A stretch of DNA of 64,000 nt from a virus, in IMG/VR virus record IMGVR_UViG_3300018080_000003, positions 79,728-143,727 of that record. One strand, given 5' to 3'. Under the pieces are notes generated by a model, which saw only the letters and a list, made by a program, of their open reading frames with translations, ran no database searches and was not told the DNA's origin. Made by a program: the position numbers and the translations under genes. This document shows, one piece after another, positions 1 to 8,312 of this stretch; position 1 is the first letter of the stretch; each line of letters starts with the position of its first letter.

Positions 1-317
1 ATGGCGGTGTCGGCCAGCTCGAAGGCGAGCTTGGTTTTCAGATCGTCTGAGAGGATCGATTCGTCTGAGAGACCACAGCGGTCCACGAGCCCAGAAGAGT
101 TCTTGATGTCTTCCAGGTCGACTTCGAAGTCACCTCGGAGCACCTTCTTCAGCAGGTTGGCGAACTCTCCTAGCTCGCCCATCGTGGCGAGCGTCCAGCG
201 CTCGGGTGTCCACTTGGCGTCAGGCTTCTGTGCGAGGCCGCCTCGGGCGTTGCGGAAGCGCTTGTTGCGCTTGCGTGAGGCTTCTTGGAGAGCCTTGAAG
301 CTGAGGTCTTTTGACAT
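1..317 (-). CDS. MazG-like nucleotide pyrophosphohydrolase (3' end runs off the window)
   Basis: Manual translation from ATG at 317 gives MSKDLSF...TMGELGEFANLLKK...FELADTA, with the ExxE...ExxD pattern of all-alpha NTP-PPases. Not in the ORF track because it is truncated. Confidence 0.75.
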   Translation of the reverse strand, partial: MSKDLSFKALQEASRKRNKRFRNARGGLAQKPDAKWTPERWTLATMGELGEFANLLKKVLRGDFEVDLEDIKNSSGLVDRCGLSDESILSDDLKTKLAFELADTA

Positions 318-341
318 GCTGGGTGCTCTTTCTTGAAAGAT

Positions 342-444
342 GGGCGCAGGGAGCCGAGGAGGACCGGGTGTCGACACGCGCTGAGGCTTGGCTATCGCTC
401 CAGCGACAGTCGACGATGAGGTCTTTCCTCGGCCCCCTTTGCCC
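342..444 (-). ncRNA. Long irregular stem-loop RNA, unknown family
   Basis: Nested complementary segments in intergenic DNA: 342-345/441-444, 353-360/426-433, 361-365/420-424, 370-375/409-414. Strand inferred from context. Confidence 0.5.
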
Positions 445-489
445 GAGGTATTAGGAGAACAAACAATGCAAACAGCCGGAGATGACTGC

Positions 490-560
490 GGAGGCTGGTT
501 GAGGATTCGAACCTCGAAGAGGGGCGCGCTCTTCAGCTACTCTTCAGCCGGACGCCAGCC
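490..560 (-). ncRNA. tRNA-like RNA (non-canonical cloverleaf)
   Basis: Minus strand reads GGCTGG...CCAGCC acceptor-like stem, GGCT/AGCT D-like arm, GAAGAG-CGCGCCC-CTCTTC arm and GAGG-TTCGAAT-CCTC T arm. No U33 and no variable loop. Confidence 0.55.
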
Positions 561-564
561 AAGT

Positions 565-634
565 GTGTCGAAGGGGCTGTTTCATGTTGGACTACGTGAT
601 GGGATCTCCCCACCCACCATGGCCCCTTCGGCAC
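565..634 (-). ncRNA. Structured RNA at the 5' end of the ncRNA cluster
   Basis: GTGCCGAAGGGGC (634-622) pairs with GCCCCTTCGACAC (577-565) and encloses an inner hairpin. Confidence 0.45.
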
Positions 635-671
635 GTAACTCATGTTACTGCAGGACGCCCTGCCGTTGCAA
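635..671 (-). promoter_or_regulatory. Sigma70-like promoter overlapped by a GTAAC-N4-GTTAC box
   Basis: TTGCAA (671-666), 18 bp, TAACAT (647-642). GTAACtcatGTTAC at 635-648. Confidence 0.55.
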
Positions 672-1151
672 CTCTTCGATGACTTTCTTCGCCATCCGCT
701 TGGTGCGTCGCGAGCCGAGCATGCGCCTGAGCGCTGCTTCTTCCTTTTTGCCAGCAAGCTCGGGTGGCTCGTCGTCGTCGAAGGTGAACCAAGAGCCGAT
801 GTTTCCGTAGACGCTCTGCTCCGCTTTCTGGATGAAGCGGGTCGGGGCGTTCACTTCTGCGCCGACGCGCATGGTGACGACAGTCGCTCTGAGTTCGTTG
901 AAGTCGCAGAACTGGTCGGATCGCTTCGCAAGCTCAGAAGAGATGTCTTTCTTACCTCCCGGTGGCTCGCTGAGACTCTCGCCGAGGCCGAGCCAGTGGC
1001 CCATCTCATGGGCGAGGAACTCCACCAGGTGCCAATTGGGCCAGTCACCCATCCGGTAGTGGGGTTTTTGCATGCGGTGGTACTCGGCGATCTCCGTGAC
1101 GGGCAACCACTCAGCAGCGAGCGCTTCGAGTCTCTCTTGGTTGATCTTCAT
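645..1151 (-). CDS. HExxH-motif protein, putative Zn metallopeptidase
   Basis: LAHEMGHW motif plus a downstream E (NELRA). Confidence 0.55.
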   Translation of the reverse strand: MKINQERLEALAAEWLPVTEIAEYHRMQKPHYRMGDWPNWHLVEFLAHEMGHWLGLGESLSEPPGGKKDISSELAKRSDQFCDFNELRATVVTMRVGAEVNAPTRFIQKAEQSVYGNIGSWFTFDDDEPPELAGKKEEAALRRMLGSRRTKRMAKKVIEELQRQGVLQ

Positions 1152-1159
1152 CTTCGGAC

Positions 1160-1486
1160 CTAGCTCTTTGGTGAGAGCGCCTCCATGTCGTCGAAGACCT
1201 TGAACAGCTCGTGGGCGCTTCTGGTGATCTTCTCTACATGACTCTGTCTCTCGTGGTACTCGGCTTGAACGAGCTTGAAGACGAAGGACCAGAGGTTGTC
1301 GAGGGCATCGGACGGGCTTTGGGACTCTCCTGAGGTCACGAGGAAGGTACCCTCCGGATCTCCCTCGTAGATTTCTCGCACCCGCGCATGCCAGCCTTTC
1401 TCGCCCTCGAATATTTCGAGCTGGAGAGGCTTTGAGAGGGCCAGACTGGCTGCTTTCAAGAGTAGCTCTACGCGTTGGTTGGTCAT
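1160..1486 (-). CDS. Hypothetical protein
   Basis: ORF in a tightly packed - strand run; start moved to ATG 1486. Confidence 0.65.
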   Translation of the reverse strand: MTNQRVELLLKAASLALSKPLQLEIFEGEKGWHARVREIYEGDPEGTFLVTSGESQSPSDALDNLWSFVFKLVQAEYHERQSHVEKITRSAHELFKVFDDMEALSPKS

Positions 1487-1488
1487 GA

Positions 1489-1857
1489 TCAGGGCTCCTC
1501 TCCTTCGGGACCGAAGAACTGTGCGATGGCGCGCGCCCTGCCCCCGGTGAACATGTCGGCGGTCTGCTCGGCGGTGAGACCGAGGCGGATGAGGCATTTG
1601 CCGGTCTTCTTGCTTCGGATCTCGAAGAAGTAGCAGCCGTTGCCCTTCTGCAAGCGCACGACGGCGTCTTGGACGGGCTTGAACCGAACGAGCTTCTCCT
1701 CGTCGTACGAGGGCATGTCGTCGTAGTCGAACTCGCTGAAGCTGGGCGGCTCGGTTCCGAGCCCGATGCGGGTCTGGTTGAGTGCCTGGCGTTGCTCCTT
1801 GGTGGGGAAGCCGGCGAGGGTCTTGTCGAATTTGTCTTCCATGATGTTGGTGCTCAT
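1489..1857 (-). CDS. Hypothetical protein
   Basis: ORF coupled to the upstream gene by an ATGA overlap. Confidence 0.7.
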   Translation of the reverse strand: MSTNIMEDKFDKTLAGFPTKEQRQALNQTRIGLGTEPPSFSEFDYDDMPSYDEEKLVRFKPVQDAVVRLQKGNGCYFFEIRSKKTGKCLIRLGLTAEQTADMFTGGRARAIAQFFGPEGEEP

Positions 1858-2279
1858 TGGTTTTGGATCTCCTCGCGGAGCTTCAGCAGTTGCGCTTGGG
1901 CTACTTCAAGCCTTTCTCGCAGAACTTCGTTGTACTGTTTGGTCTTCTCGATGGCGTACTTCAGCGCTTGGGTGCGCGTGTAGAAGAGCCTGGACACCTC
2001 AGGCTTGTTGAGGCGCCTTTGAATCCACTTCGTGGTCGTACGCCCTGTAGGGCAGTTGTTCTCTGACACCATCCAGTCGTCGATCAGGTCGGCTCCAGCG
2101 CGGCCGGTGTCGTGGGGCGCGTACTCAGCCCACGTGCAGTGCTCGTAGTAGGTGTAGGTATTCTCGAAGACGTGGTACTTGTCGGAGTAGAAGGAGACGT
2201 GAAACAGCGTGAAGCTGTCTCGGTCTTGTGGGTCTTCGAGGATCTTTTTGATCTCTTCTTCTGAGGTCATGCCGTCCAC
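1854..2279 (-). CDS. Hypothetical protein with C-terminal coiled coil
   Basis: ORF in operon; the start could be ATG 2270. Confidence 0.7.
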   Translation of the reverse strand: MDGMTSEEEIKKILEDPQDRDSFTLFHVSFYSDKYHVFENTYTYYEHCTWAEYAPHDTGRAGADLIDDWMVSENNCPTGRTTTKWIQRRLNKPEVSRLFYTRTQALKYAIEKTKQYNEVLRERLEVAQAQLLKLREEIQNQ

Positions 2280-3463
2280 CCGAACAGGTCGCTGTCATCG
2301 TCGAGCGTGCCGTGGTCGGGCTCAGCGTCCTGGCCCACGGGGCCAGAGGGCGGAGCGCTCACGGGCGGAAGCTCGTCGACCGAGGGCGGCGGAGGCGGAG
2401 CCTCCGAAGCGGGCGGCGGGGAGGCGTCCGAAGTGCGCGTCTCCGCGGCGGGCTCCGGCTCCTCCTCGTCGAGGAAGTCGACCACCTGACCCTGGAGCAG
2501 CGAGCGGAAGTGCCGCTGGTAAAGCTCCTGGGTCTCCTGAAGGGGCGTCATGACGCTCGCCTCGATGACCTCCTTGTAGAGGGAGAGCTTGTTGCCGAGC
2601 TGCTGCATGTTCTCCAGCTGGCGCTTGATGTAGCCCTCGCGGCTCTTGGGCTTGCCCTTGGCGGTGAGCGAGGGGCTCTTGGCCTCTTCGATCTCACGCT
2701 GCAGGCGCTCCTTCATCTCGGCCAGCTCCTCGGTGAGCTTGCGCTTGCCGGCGTCCTGCATGACGGCCACGTCGTGGGCGGCGCCCATCGTGGTCTTCGG
2801 GTCGCGCAGGTAGTAGATGCCGAGCCGGACCCGGCACTCGTCCATGAAGGCGTGGAGCGCAGGGGCGTTGTGGTGGATGATGTAGTAGTTGTTGCCACCA
2901 CCGAGGCTCTTGCTGCCTCCGGCCTGCTCGACGGCAGCGCGGAGCGCTTTGCCCAGCTGGCTCGCATCCATGTTCTCCAGCAGGGAGTTGGCCTGTTGGG
3001 CGATGTCTTCGGCACGCTTGCGCGCCTCCTCATCGGGGAAGGTGCTCTGCCCCTCGGGCGGGAATGCGCGGGCCTGGACGATGGTGTTGCCGTCCTCGTC
3101 GAGGCCCAGGTTGCCGATGCGCACGCGGGCGAGGCAGGTGTACTCGTCGCCCGATTCGTCATCGCCGGTGACCTCGGTCACGTGGATGGCCATGGGCGTG
3201 TCTGGGTTGGGGTGCACGAATTCGCGCACCAGGTAGCCCTTGGGGTTGCGCCCTCGCCGCGACGCGGCCTTCAGGGCGCTGTCGGGCTTGGGCGGTCGCT
3301 CGACGAGCGAAGCGAAGCCGTGCTCCTGGAACACCTTGAGGGCGTCGCGGCGCGGGACGTAGACGCCCGTCACGGCGAACTCGATGCGGTCGCCGAGCCA
3401 GGTCGCGCCGTGCTTCTCGCAGCGCTTGCGGGTCTCTTTGATGGTCTCTGATTCGATGGTCAT
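2267..3463 (-). CDS. Conserved phage protein (tentatively DUF6744/DUF3150-like) with coiled coil and Pro/acidic tail
   Basis: 398-aa ORF with strong GC3 bias, GGNNYYI motif and helical C-terminal half. Family call is from recall only. Confidence 0.6.
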   Translation of the reverse strand: MTIESETIKETRKRCEKHGATWLGDRIEFAVTGVYVPRRDALKVFQEHGFASLVERPPKPDSALKAASRRGRNPKGYLVREFVHPNPDTPMAIHVTEVTGDDESGDEYTCLARVRIGNLGLDEDGNTIVQARAFPPEGQSTFPDEEARKRAEDIAQQANSLLENMDASQLGKALRAAVEQAGGSKSLGGGNNYYIIHHNAPALHAFMDECRVRLGIYYLRDPKTTMGAAHDVAVMQDAGKRKLTEELAEMKERLQREIEEAKSPSLTAKGKPKSREGYIKRQLENMQQLGNKLSLYKEVIEASVMTPLQETQELYQRHFRSLLQGQVVDFLDEEEPEPAAETRTSDASPPPASEAPPPPPSVDELPPVSAPPSGPVGQDAEPDHGTLDDDSDLFGWTA

Positions 3464-3690
3464 CAGTAGTCTCCGTCACAGAGCACGATGGCTCGCTTGT
3501 TGGCGTAGTGGTCGGTGCTGTCGTAGACCTCGTGGAGGTCGCTGGCCTTCAGATCGGATCCGTCGAGCTGCTGTTCCTTCAGCTCTTTCTTCAAGATCGC
3601 TTTCGCCTCGACGCGAGACTCGGCGAGCACGATGGCGGCGGTGCCCGTAGGCTGACGGCCTGTGAATGCTGTGCAGGTGTAGATCTTCAT
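3463..3690 (-). CDS. Hypothetical protein
   Basis: AGGAG-AACAACC-ATG start at 3690. Confidence 0.75.
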   Translation of the reverse strand: MKIYTCTAFTGRQPTGTAAIVLAESRVEAKAILKKELKEQQLDGSDLKASDLHEVYDSTDHYANKRAIVLCDGDY

Positions 3691-3893
3691 GGTTGTTCTC
3701 CTTCTTCTTGCTCCCAGTAGGGATCGGGTTGCTCGGGTGCGCCGTACTCCTTGAGCGCACGCTGGGCCAGCCATCGGATAGCCTTCAGGCTCTCGGCAGG
3801 GTTCTGCGTTGTCTCAGTGGCGACCAGGATGCCGCGCATGTACTCGGTCAGCGCGATCGCCTGCTCGCAGTTGCAAAGCTCGTCGGTTGCCAT
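3687..3893 (-). CDS. Hypothetical protein
   Basis: GAGGA RBS, ATG 3893, ATGA overlap. Confidence 0.65.
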   Translation of the reverse strand: MATDELCNCEQAIALTEYMRGILVATETTQNPAESLKAIRWLAQRALKEYGAPEQPDPYWEQEEGEQP

Positions 3894-3894
3894 G

Positions 3895-4242
3895 TCAGTT
3901 GTCCTCGTTGATGACTTTGATGGCCTCGGTCTCGCTACCGTTCCACTCGGTGCGGATGCCAAACTTGCTGAGAGTTCGAACGACGGTGCTCGCGATGTCT
4001 TTGGCTTCGAAGGGAACGCCAGGCGTCTTGCCGTAGTAGAGGTGGAAGTTGTGTCCTTCTGCTTTTCGCTCTCCCTCTTGCTGGTGGAAGAACACGTACC
4101 CGATGCCATCGCGCTTCCCCTCTTCGAGGTCACGTTCCAGCTTGGACAGAGCGCAGCTCTGGCAGCAGCTGTAGTTTTGTAGCGCGATGATCTGCTTTCG
4201 TCGCAGCGCCTTGAAGGCGCGGGTCAGTCTCGTGCTTGTCAT
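3895..4242 (-). CDS. DUF6891-like protein
   Basis: FKALRRKQIIALQNYSCCQSCA and YVFFHQQE motifs; ATG 4242. Confidence 0.65.
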   Translation of the reverse strand: MTSTRLTRAFKALRRKQIIALQNYSCCQSCALSKLERDLEEGKRDGIGYVFFHQQEGERKAEGHNFHLYYGKTPGVPFEAKDIASTVVRTLSKFGIRTEWNGSETEAIKVINEDN

Positions 4243-4353
4243 GCTTGTTCCCTTTCTTCTTCGCGTCTTGAATCGAGGCTCGTCCTCCAGGATTGGAGAG
4301 GAGGACAGGTCGCACAGAAGACGAGCCCCGATTCGAGGCGCGAAGCCTCTGGT

Positions 4354-4383
4354 ATTGTTCGTTACCGCTGTTACTAGTGTCAA
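4354..4383 (-). promoter_or_regulatory. Sigma70-like promoter with a GTWAC-N4-GTWAC box in the spacer
   Basis: TTGACA, 18 bp, AACAAT on the - strand. GTTACcgctGTTAC at 4361-4374. Confidence 0.55.
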
Positions 4384-4394
4384 GCGAAAGATGA

Positions 4395-4739
4395 TCAGCT
4401 TGAAACCTTCACCCACTGGACGCCCAGCTGTCTGGCTGCTTCGACGTCGCAGTTCTTGTCTCGGTAGATCCCTTCTGGGTCCAGACTGGAGGGCTCAACT
4501 GGGTCTCCCGGGAAGAAGGTCCAGACGCTCAGGTCCTCCTCGTTTTCTTCGTCTTCTGGACGCGGGCGTAGTGCTCATGCCCAGTGCGTGGAAGCCAGTG
4601 GAAACAGCGCTTTCACTTCTTTTAGGCGTTCGCCCCTGTAGTGGAACTTCTCAGACAGTCTCTTAGGTCCCCAGAACCATCGAGCCTGAAAGCTGTTCCA
4701 GCATAGGTAGTTTCCTCCGATCGACAAGATCACCATCAT
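4395..4739 (-). pseudogene. Short ORF (4739-4575) with a protein-like in-frame continuation past TGA to 4395
   Basis: The frame stays open for 59 codons after TGA 4577-4575 (...LSVWTFFPGDPVEPSSLD...) with no RBS-supported start of its own. Confidence 0.35.
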
Positions 4740-4850
4740 CCCTCCTCGGAAGTCCCCGAGCCTTGCGGCTGAGGCCCAGAAGGCAGAACAGCGCCCTTCG
4801 GGGCGCCGCGCTGCGTGGCTCATGCGTTCACGTGCTCTAGCGTTCGCGGC

Positions 4851-5702
4851 TCACTTGACGTCCTCCGCGGTCACGGGGCCCTGGTCCTCGGTCAGGCCGC
4901 GCGGGAACATGCTCCGCCGCGTGGGCGGTTGCATCTCGGCGGCGACCTTGGGTAGGTGCTCCTTGGCGGCTGCGACGCTCCGCGGGTCGGGCTCGTAGTT
5001 GTCCTGGAACTCGAAGCCCAGCTGCCCGTCGCCCAGCTCGTTGAGTAGCTGGACGGCTTGCTCTTCGACCTCCGCCTTGAACTCGGCTTCGAGGGCGGCG
5101 AGTCGCTGCGACCAGCGCACGGCTTTCTTGGCCCGCTCGCGAATCACGTTCGCGTACTGGCTGCAGATGACGTTGCCGATGCGAGCACGCTCCTCGGCGG
5201 CCATCAGATCGGCGACCTTGGCGAGGGCGTTCTCGATGTAGCGGGGTAGGTCTTGGTCGATGCCATCGTCGAGGAAAGCGGCGTTCGCCTCTTCTTCGGA
5301 GATGATCTGACTGGGCTTGTCTGCTTTGAATCGTCGGTCGGCGAAGAAAGTCACCTGACGTCCGTAGCCAAAGCCAGCGCTGGACTCGTCTTTGCGACTG
5401 TCGTTCCACCGACTGCTGAATTCTCCTGAGTACTTCTTGCCGTGCTCCTCTTCGAGCTGACGCTCAACGTCGAGCTTGATGAACCACCAGCCACTGACGT
5501 GGCGGTCTTCTTCGTGCTCCACTCGGAAGTACTCGATCGCTCGGTACTTCTCGTCGGTCATGTACACGTCGATGGCTATCGAAGCATGCCGGTAGTAGAG
5601 CTTGTCCTTCCGGTTGTCCTTCGTGTGGGTGTTCCACCGATCGTCGGTGAAAACGTAGTCTGGCTTGTTGGCCATCTCTTGCTTCTCTTGCTGCTGTTCC
5701 AT
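4851..5702 (-). CDS. Hypothetical protein
   Basis: GGAGGACAAC-ATG at 5702; 283 aa. Confidence 0.8.
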   Translation of the reverse strand: MEQQQEKQEMANKPDYVFTDDRWNTHTKDNRKDKLYYRHASIAIDVYMTDEKYRAIEYFRVEHEEDRHVSGWWFIKLDVERQLEEEHGKKYSGEFSSRWNDSRKDESSAGFGYGRQVTFFADRRFKADKPSQIISEEEANAAFLDDGIDQDLPRYIENALAKVADLMAAEERARIGNVICSQYANVIRERAKKAVRWSQRLAALEAEFKAEVEEQAVQLLNELGDGQLGFEFQDNYEPDPRSVAAAKEHLPKVAAEMQPPTRRSMFPRGLTEDQGPVTAEDVK

Positions 5703-5779
5703 GTTGTCCTCCTTTGGTTCACGAATCGTCACCGAGCACGGTCCCGAAGGACCGAGCCCGAGAACGCGCCGTGAAGCGC

Positions 5780-6085
5780 TCAGAATGCGACCGTGACGAC
5801 TTCGCCCCGCTTCGTGCGGGCCGAGCGGTAGCCGTGGGGCCGCTCGATGCCGAGGGCGACCCGCGCCGTCTGCGCGGCGCCCACGGCCGCGGCGCCCCGG
5901 GTCCCGAACGAAGCCCTGAGGCTGAGGTCCAGCAGCTCGTCGTGGTAGTAGACCAGTCTGGTTTCGACCCAGCGCCCGGGGCTGTCTGGGTCCTCGCTTA
6001 CGGCCAGGAAGTACTTGATCCCAGACGGCTGCGCGATGACGGCGACGTTGCCTGACTTGTCGCTGATGAGTCTGCACTCATTCAT
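5780..6085 (-). CDS. Hypothetical protein
   Basis: AGGAG RBS plus ATG. Confidence 0.7.
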   Translation of the reverse strand: MNECRLISDKSGNVAVIAQPSGIKYFLAVSEDPDSPGRWVETRLVYYHDELLDLSLRASFGTRGAAAVGAAQTARVALGIERPHGYRSARTKRGEVVTVAF

Positions 6086-6094
6086 GGCTGTCTC

Positions 6095-6403
6095 CTACAG
6101 GCTGTAGGCCTGGTACTTGGTTGACGTCCCCCGCATCGCGCCAAAGCTCGATCCGGTCCGCCCGAGACGGGCGGCGATGACGAAGCGCCGGGTGTCGGGG
6201 CAGACCTCGGCTTGCTCGACGATCGTGCCCTCGACCACGTCCTCCTCGGGCTCGAATCCCATGCGGATGGCGTAGTCGCGATCGAACTTGGCGTGCCGCT
6301 CGCACAGCACGTCAAACGATCCGTAGCGGTGCGAGAGCGCTGCTGCCACGCGGACAGCGTTGTCGCTGTACTCGCGCGGCATCCCTTGCTTGTAGTAGTT
6401 CAT
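6095..6403 (-). CDS. Hypothetical protein
   Basis: Starts at the ATG of repeat element copy A. Confidence 0.75.
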   Translation of the reverse strand: MNYYKQGMPREYSDNAVRVAAALSHRYGSFDVLCERHAKFDRDYAIRMGFEPEEDVVEGTIVEQAEVCPDTRRFVIAARLGRTGSSFGAMRGTSTKYQAYSL

Positions 6404-6470
6404 GGTTGTTGTCCTCCTCTCAGCTCGCGTACGCGTGCACGCGAGCTGAGAGAAGGGCAGCAAGCTGCCC
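6401..6470 (-). repeat. Two-hairpin/RBS intergenic element, copy A
   Basis: GGGCAGCTTGCTGCCC, then a stem ending in GAGGAG, then GACAACAACC-ATG. Confidence 0.85.
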
Positions 6471-6477
6471 CTGCCCG

Positions 6478-6522
6478 TCATTCCCAGACGGGCATGTCGT
6501 TTTCATCCCAGTGCCAGTCCAT
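6478..6522 (-). CDS. 14-aa micropeptide MDWHWDENDMPVWE
   Basis: AGGAGGAGACC-ATG RBS. Fills the gap between the upstream stop and repeat copy A. Confidence 0.6.
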   Translation of the reverse strand: MDWHWDENDMPVWE

Positions 6523-6531
6523 GGTCTCCTC

Positions 6532-6921
6532 CTAGAAATTGAAGTCGTAGTACTCGCTGCGCTTGCCGAGCACCACGGTTCCCCCGCGTTGCTTGGTCGG
6601 CGTGCCTACGTGCTTGTAGATGTAGCCCTCGGCGTTCGGCCGCTTGCGGCGCGTGACGACCAGACGCTCACCGTCCGGGTTGCGTTCGTAGCGGTACCGC
6701 TGCGTGCCACTGGTGTGGCCCGCGAAACCTCCCGGACTGAACTGCAGCGCATCGGGCTCTCCCGAGCCATGTCCGTTCAGCAGGATGGCGCGGTCGCGCT
6801 GGAGCACGAGCTTGCGCCCGTTCTCCTTCACCTCGATGACAGTGAATGCCTGGCGATCGCTGTAGCAGTACAGCGTCGCGCCCATGCCGACCTCTGGTCG
6901 GACTTCCGTTTCGGTGTTCAT
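6532..6921 (-). CDS. Hypothetical phage protein
   Basis: Starts at repeat copy B; VGMGATL..YSDRQAFTVIEV; ends YYDFNF. Confidence 0.8.
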   Translation of the reverse strand: MNTETEVRPEVGMGATLYCYSDRQAFTVIEVKENGRKLVLQRDRAILLNGHGSGEPDALQFSPGGFAGHTSGTQRYRYERNPDGERLVVTRRKRPNAEGYIYKHVGTPTKQRGGTVVLGKRSEYYDFNF

Positions 6922-6986
6922 GTTGTTGTCCTCCTCTCTAGGCACATGTCGTGCATGTGCCCAGAGACGAGGGCAGCAAGCTGCCC
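6917..6986 (-). repeat. Two-hairpin/RBS element, copy B (70-bp perfect inverted match to 9800-9869)
   Basis: Base-by-base comparison. Confidence 0.9.
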
Positions 6987-6992
6987 CGCGGC

Positions 6993-7727
6993 TCAGTGAG
7001 CCGCAATCCAAACCGACTTGGCCCCCGACGCGTTGCCGCGGCAGAGCCCGCAGGTGGCGCACGTAGCGCGACCCGAGACCGCCGGACAAGACACCTCACC
7101 CTTGGCCGGAGCCGCATCGCGGTCCTCGTCAGCCCGGAAGTAGCGCCAGCCCGCGGCCCGCGCCTCGGTCGCATCCGCCGGACTGTCGCAGCTGGCCATG
7201 AGCCATGCCGCAAGCTCCGGGCGCGAACGCCACGAGTGAGTGTAGCCGGTCCAAGAACCCGCCGCGTCGGCCAGCTCCGCTACCAGCTCCACTGGCAGCG
7301 CAGCCGGGTCACCGTACGCCCCAAAGCGAAGCGCCTTACCGCGCAGACGCGACAGCGCCCGAACCTTGTTGGTCCCGCGGCTGTAGGTCGACGCCCACAC
7401 GCTACGTGGCGCCTGAAAGGCGCGCTTGGCGACGTAGCACATGGTGAGACCGTTCTCCCGGGCCACCGAAGGGCGCCGAGGACAGTCGCCGCAGATCGCA
7501 GCGTCCTCGCCCGTTTTGATCGCCTCATGCGGCGCGACGTCGGCAGGAAGGATCCACAGCTGGACCATGTGGCCCGTCTTAGTATTCTTGCTGTCGGCGT
7601 CGAGACCCGTCAGGACCGCGACGATCGGCTCGCCGTTGAGCCGCGACGGTCCGCGCCAGATCACCTCAGACCGAGGCGTCCGCTTTCGGATCACGTCGCG
7701 CTTGGCGCGAATGTTGATCAATTGCAT
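6993..7727 (-). CDS. Cys-rich conserved phage protein (DUF7227/gp88-like, possibly Fe-S or Zn binding)
   Basis: CGDC, CYV, RFGAYGDP, WTGYTHSW, LMASCDS and CATCGLC motifs. Confidence 0.65.
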   Translation of the reverse strand: MQLINIRAKRDVIRKRTPRSEVIWRGPSRLNGEPIVAVLTGLDADSKNTKTGHMVQLWILPADVAPHEAIKTGEDAAICGDCPRRPSVARENGLTMCYVAKRAFQAPRSVWASTYSRGTNKVRALSRLRGKALRFGAYGDPAALPVELVAELADAAGSWTGYTHSWRSRPELAAWLMASCDSPADATEARAAGWRYFRADEDRDAAPAKGEVSCPAVSGRATCATCGLCRGNASGAKSVWIAAH

Positions 7728-7793
7728 GTTGTTGTCCTCCACTCTGCGCGCATGCGTCACATGCACGCAGAGGGGAGAGCAGCAAAGCTGCCC
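7725..7793 (-). repeat. Two-hairpin/RBS element, copy C
   Basis: GGGCAGCTTTGCTGCTC, stem, GGAGGACAACAAC-ATG. Confidence 0.85.
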
Positions 7794-7800
7794 AGACGGC

Positions 7801-8235
7801 TCACTGCTCGCGCAGCACCGTCATCGCATCCTCGTCGAGGCCCGCGAGGAATTCGTCGACCTTGTCCACGGTCGCGACGCACGCCTCGTAGATGCGCTCT
7901 GCGCGTCGCGAGTCCGTGTCGTACCCAAACTCCGCACAGAAGTCCTCGAAAGACTCGCAGTAGCGAGCCGCGTCCGCGTCGGACATCAGGCTGTGAAGCA
8001 CGTCCGCCGCTTTGGGTTCGTGCTGAAACGCCGGACCCATGTGGAAGCTGGTGGTCAGCGTCCGCATGGCAGGCTTGCTGAAGTGAGGGCCCGGTCCGGG
8101 CCAGCTCAGCGTGACCGTCCAGCTCGTAGACCCAGCCGGCATGTCGCTCGGGGTGACGTCCACGCAGCCCATGACGGACTGCGTGCGGATCCCAAGCTTT
8201 TTGCAGAGCTTGTCTGCGTCAGTGAGATTGTTCAT
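7801..8235 (-). CDS. Hypothetical phage protein
   Basis: Starts at repeat copy D; SFEDFCAEFGYDTDSRRA motif. Confidence 0.8.
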   Translation of the reverse strand: MNNLTDADKLCKKLGIRTQSVMGCVDVTPSDMPAGSTSWTVTLSWPGPGPHFSKPAMRTLTTSFHMGPAFQHEPKAADVLHSLMSDADAARYCESFEDFCAEFGYDTDSRRAERIYEACVATVDKVDEFLAGLDEDAMTVLREQ

Positions 8236-8303
8236 GATTGTTGTCCTCCTGCGGAGCCCCGTTGCGCACGGAGCCCCGCAGGAGAGCAGCAAACGCTACT
8301 CTC
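8233..8303 (-). repeat. Two-hairpin/RBS element, copy D
   Basis: GAGAGTAGC-GTTT-GCTGCTCTC, CCTGCGG...CCGCAGG stem, GGAGGACAACAATC-ATG. Confidence 0.8.
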
Positions 8304-8312
8304 GCGTCGCGG

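Noticed and set aside
342-444. SRP (4.5S) RNA or 6S RNA
   Set aside because: It lacks the SRP GNRA/GGAA apical loop with the CAGG/AGCA internal loop, and it is too short for 6S with no central bubble.
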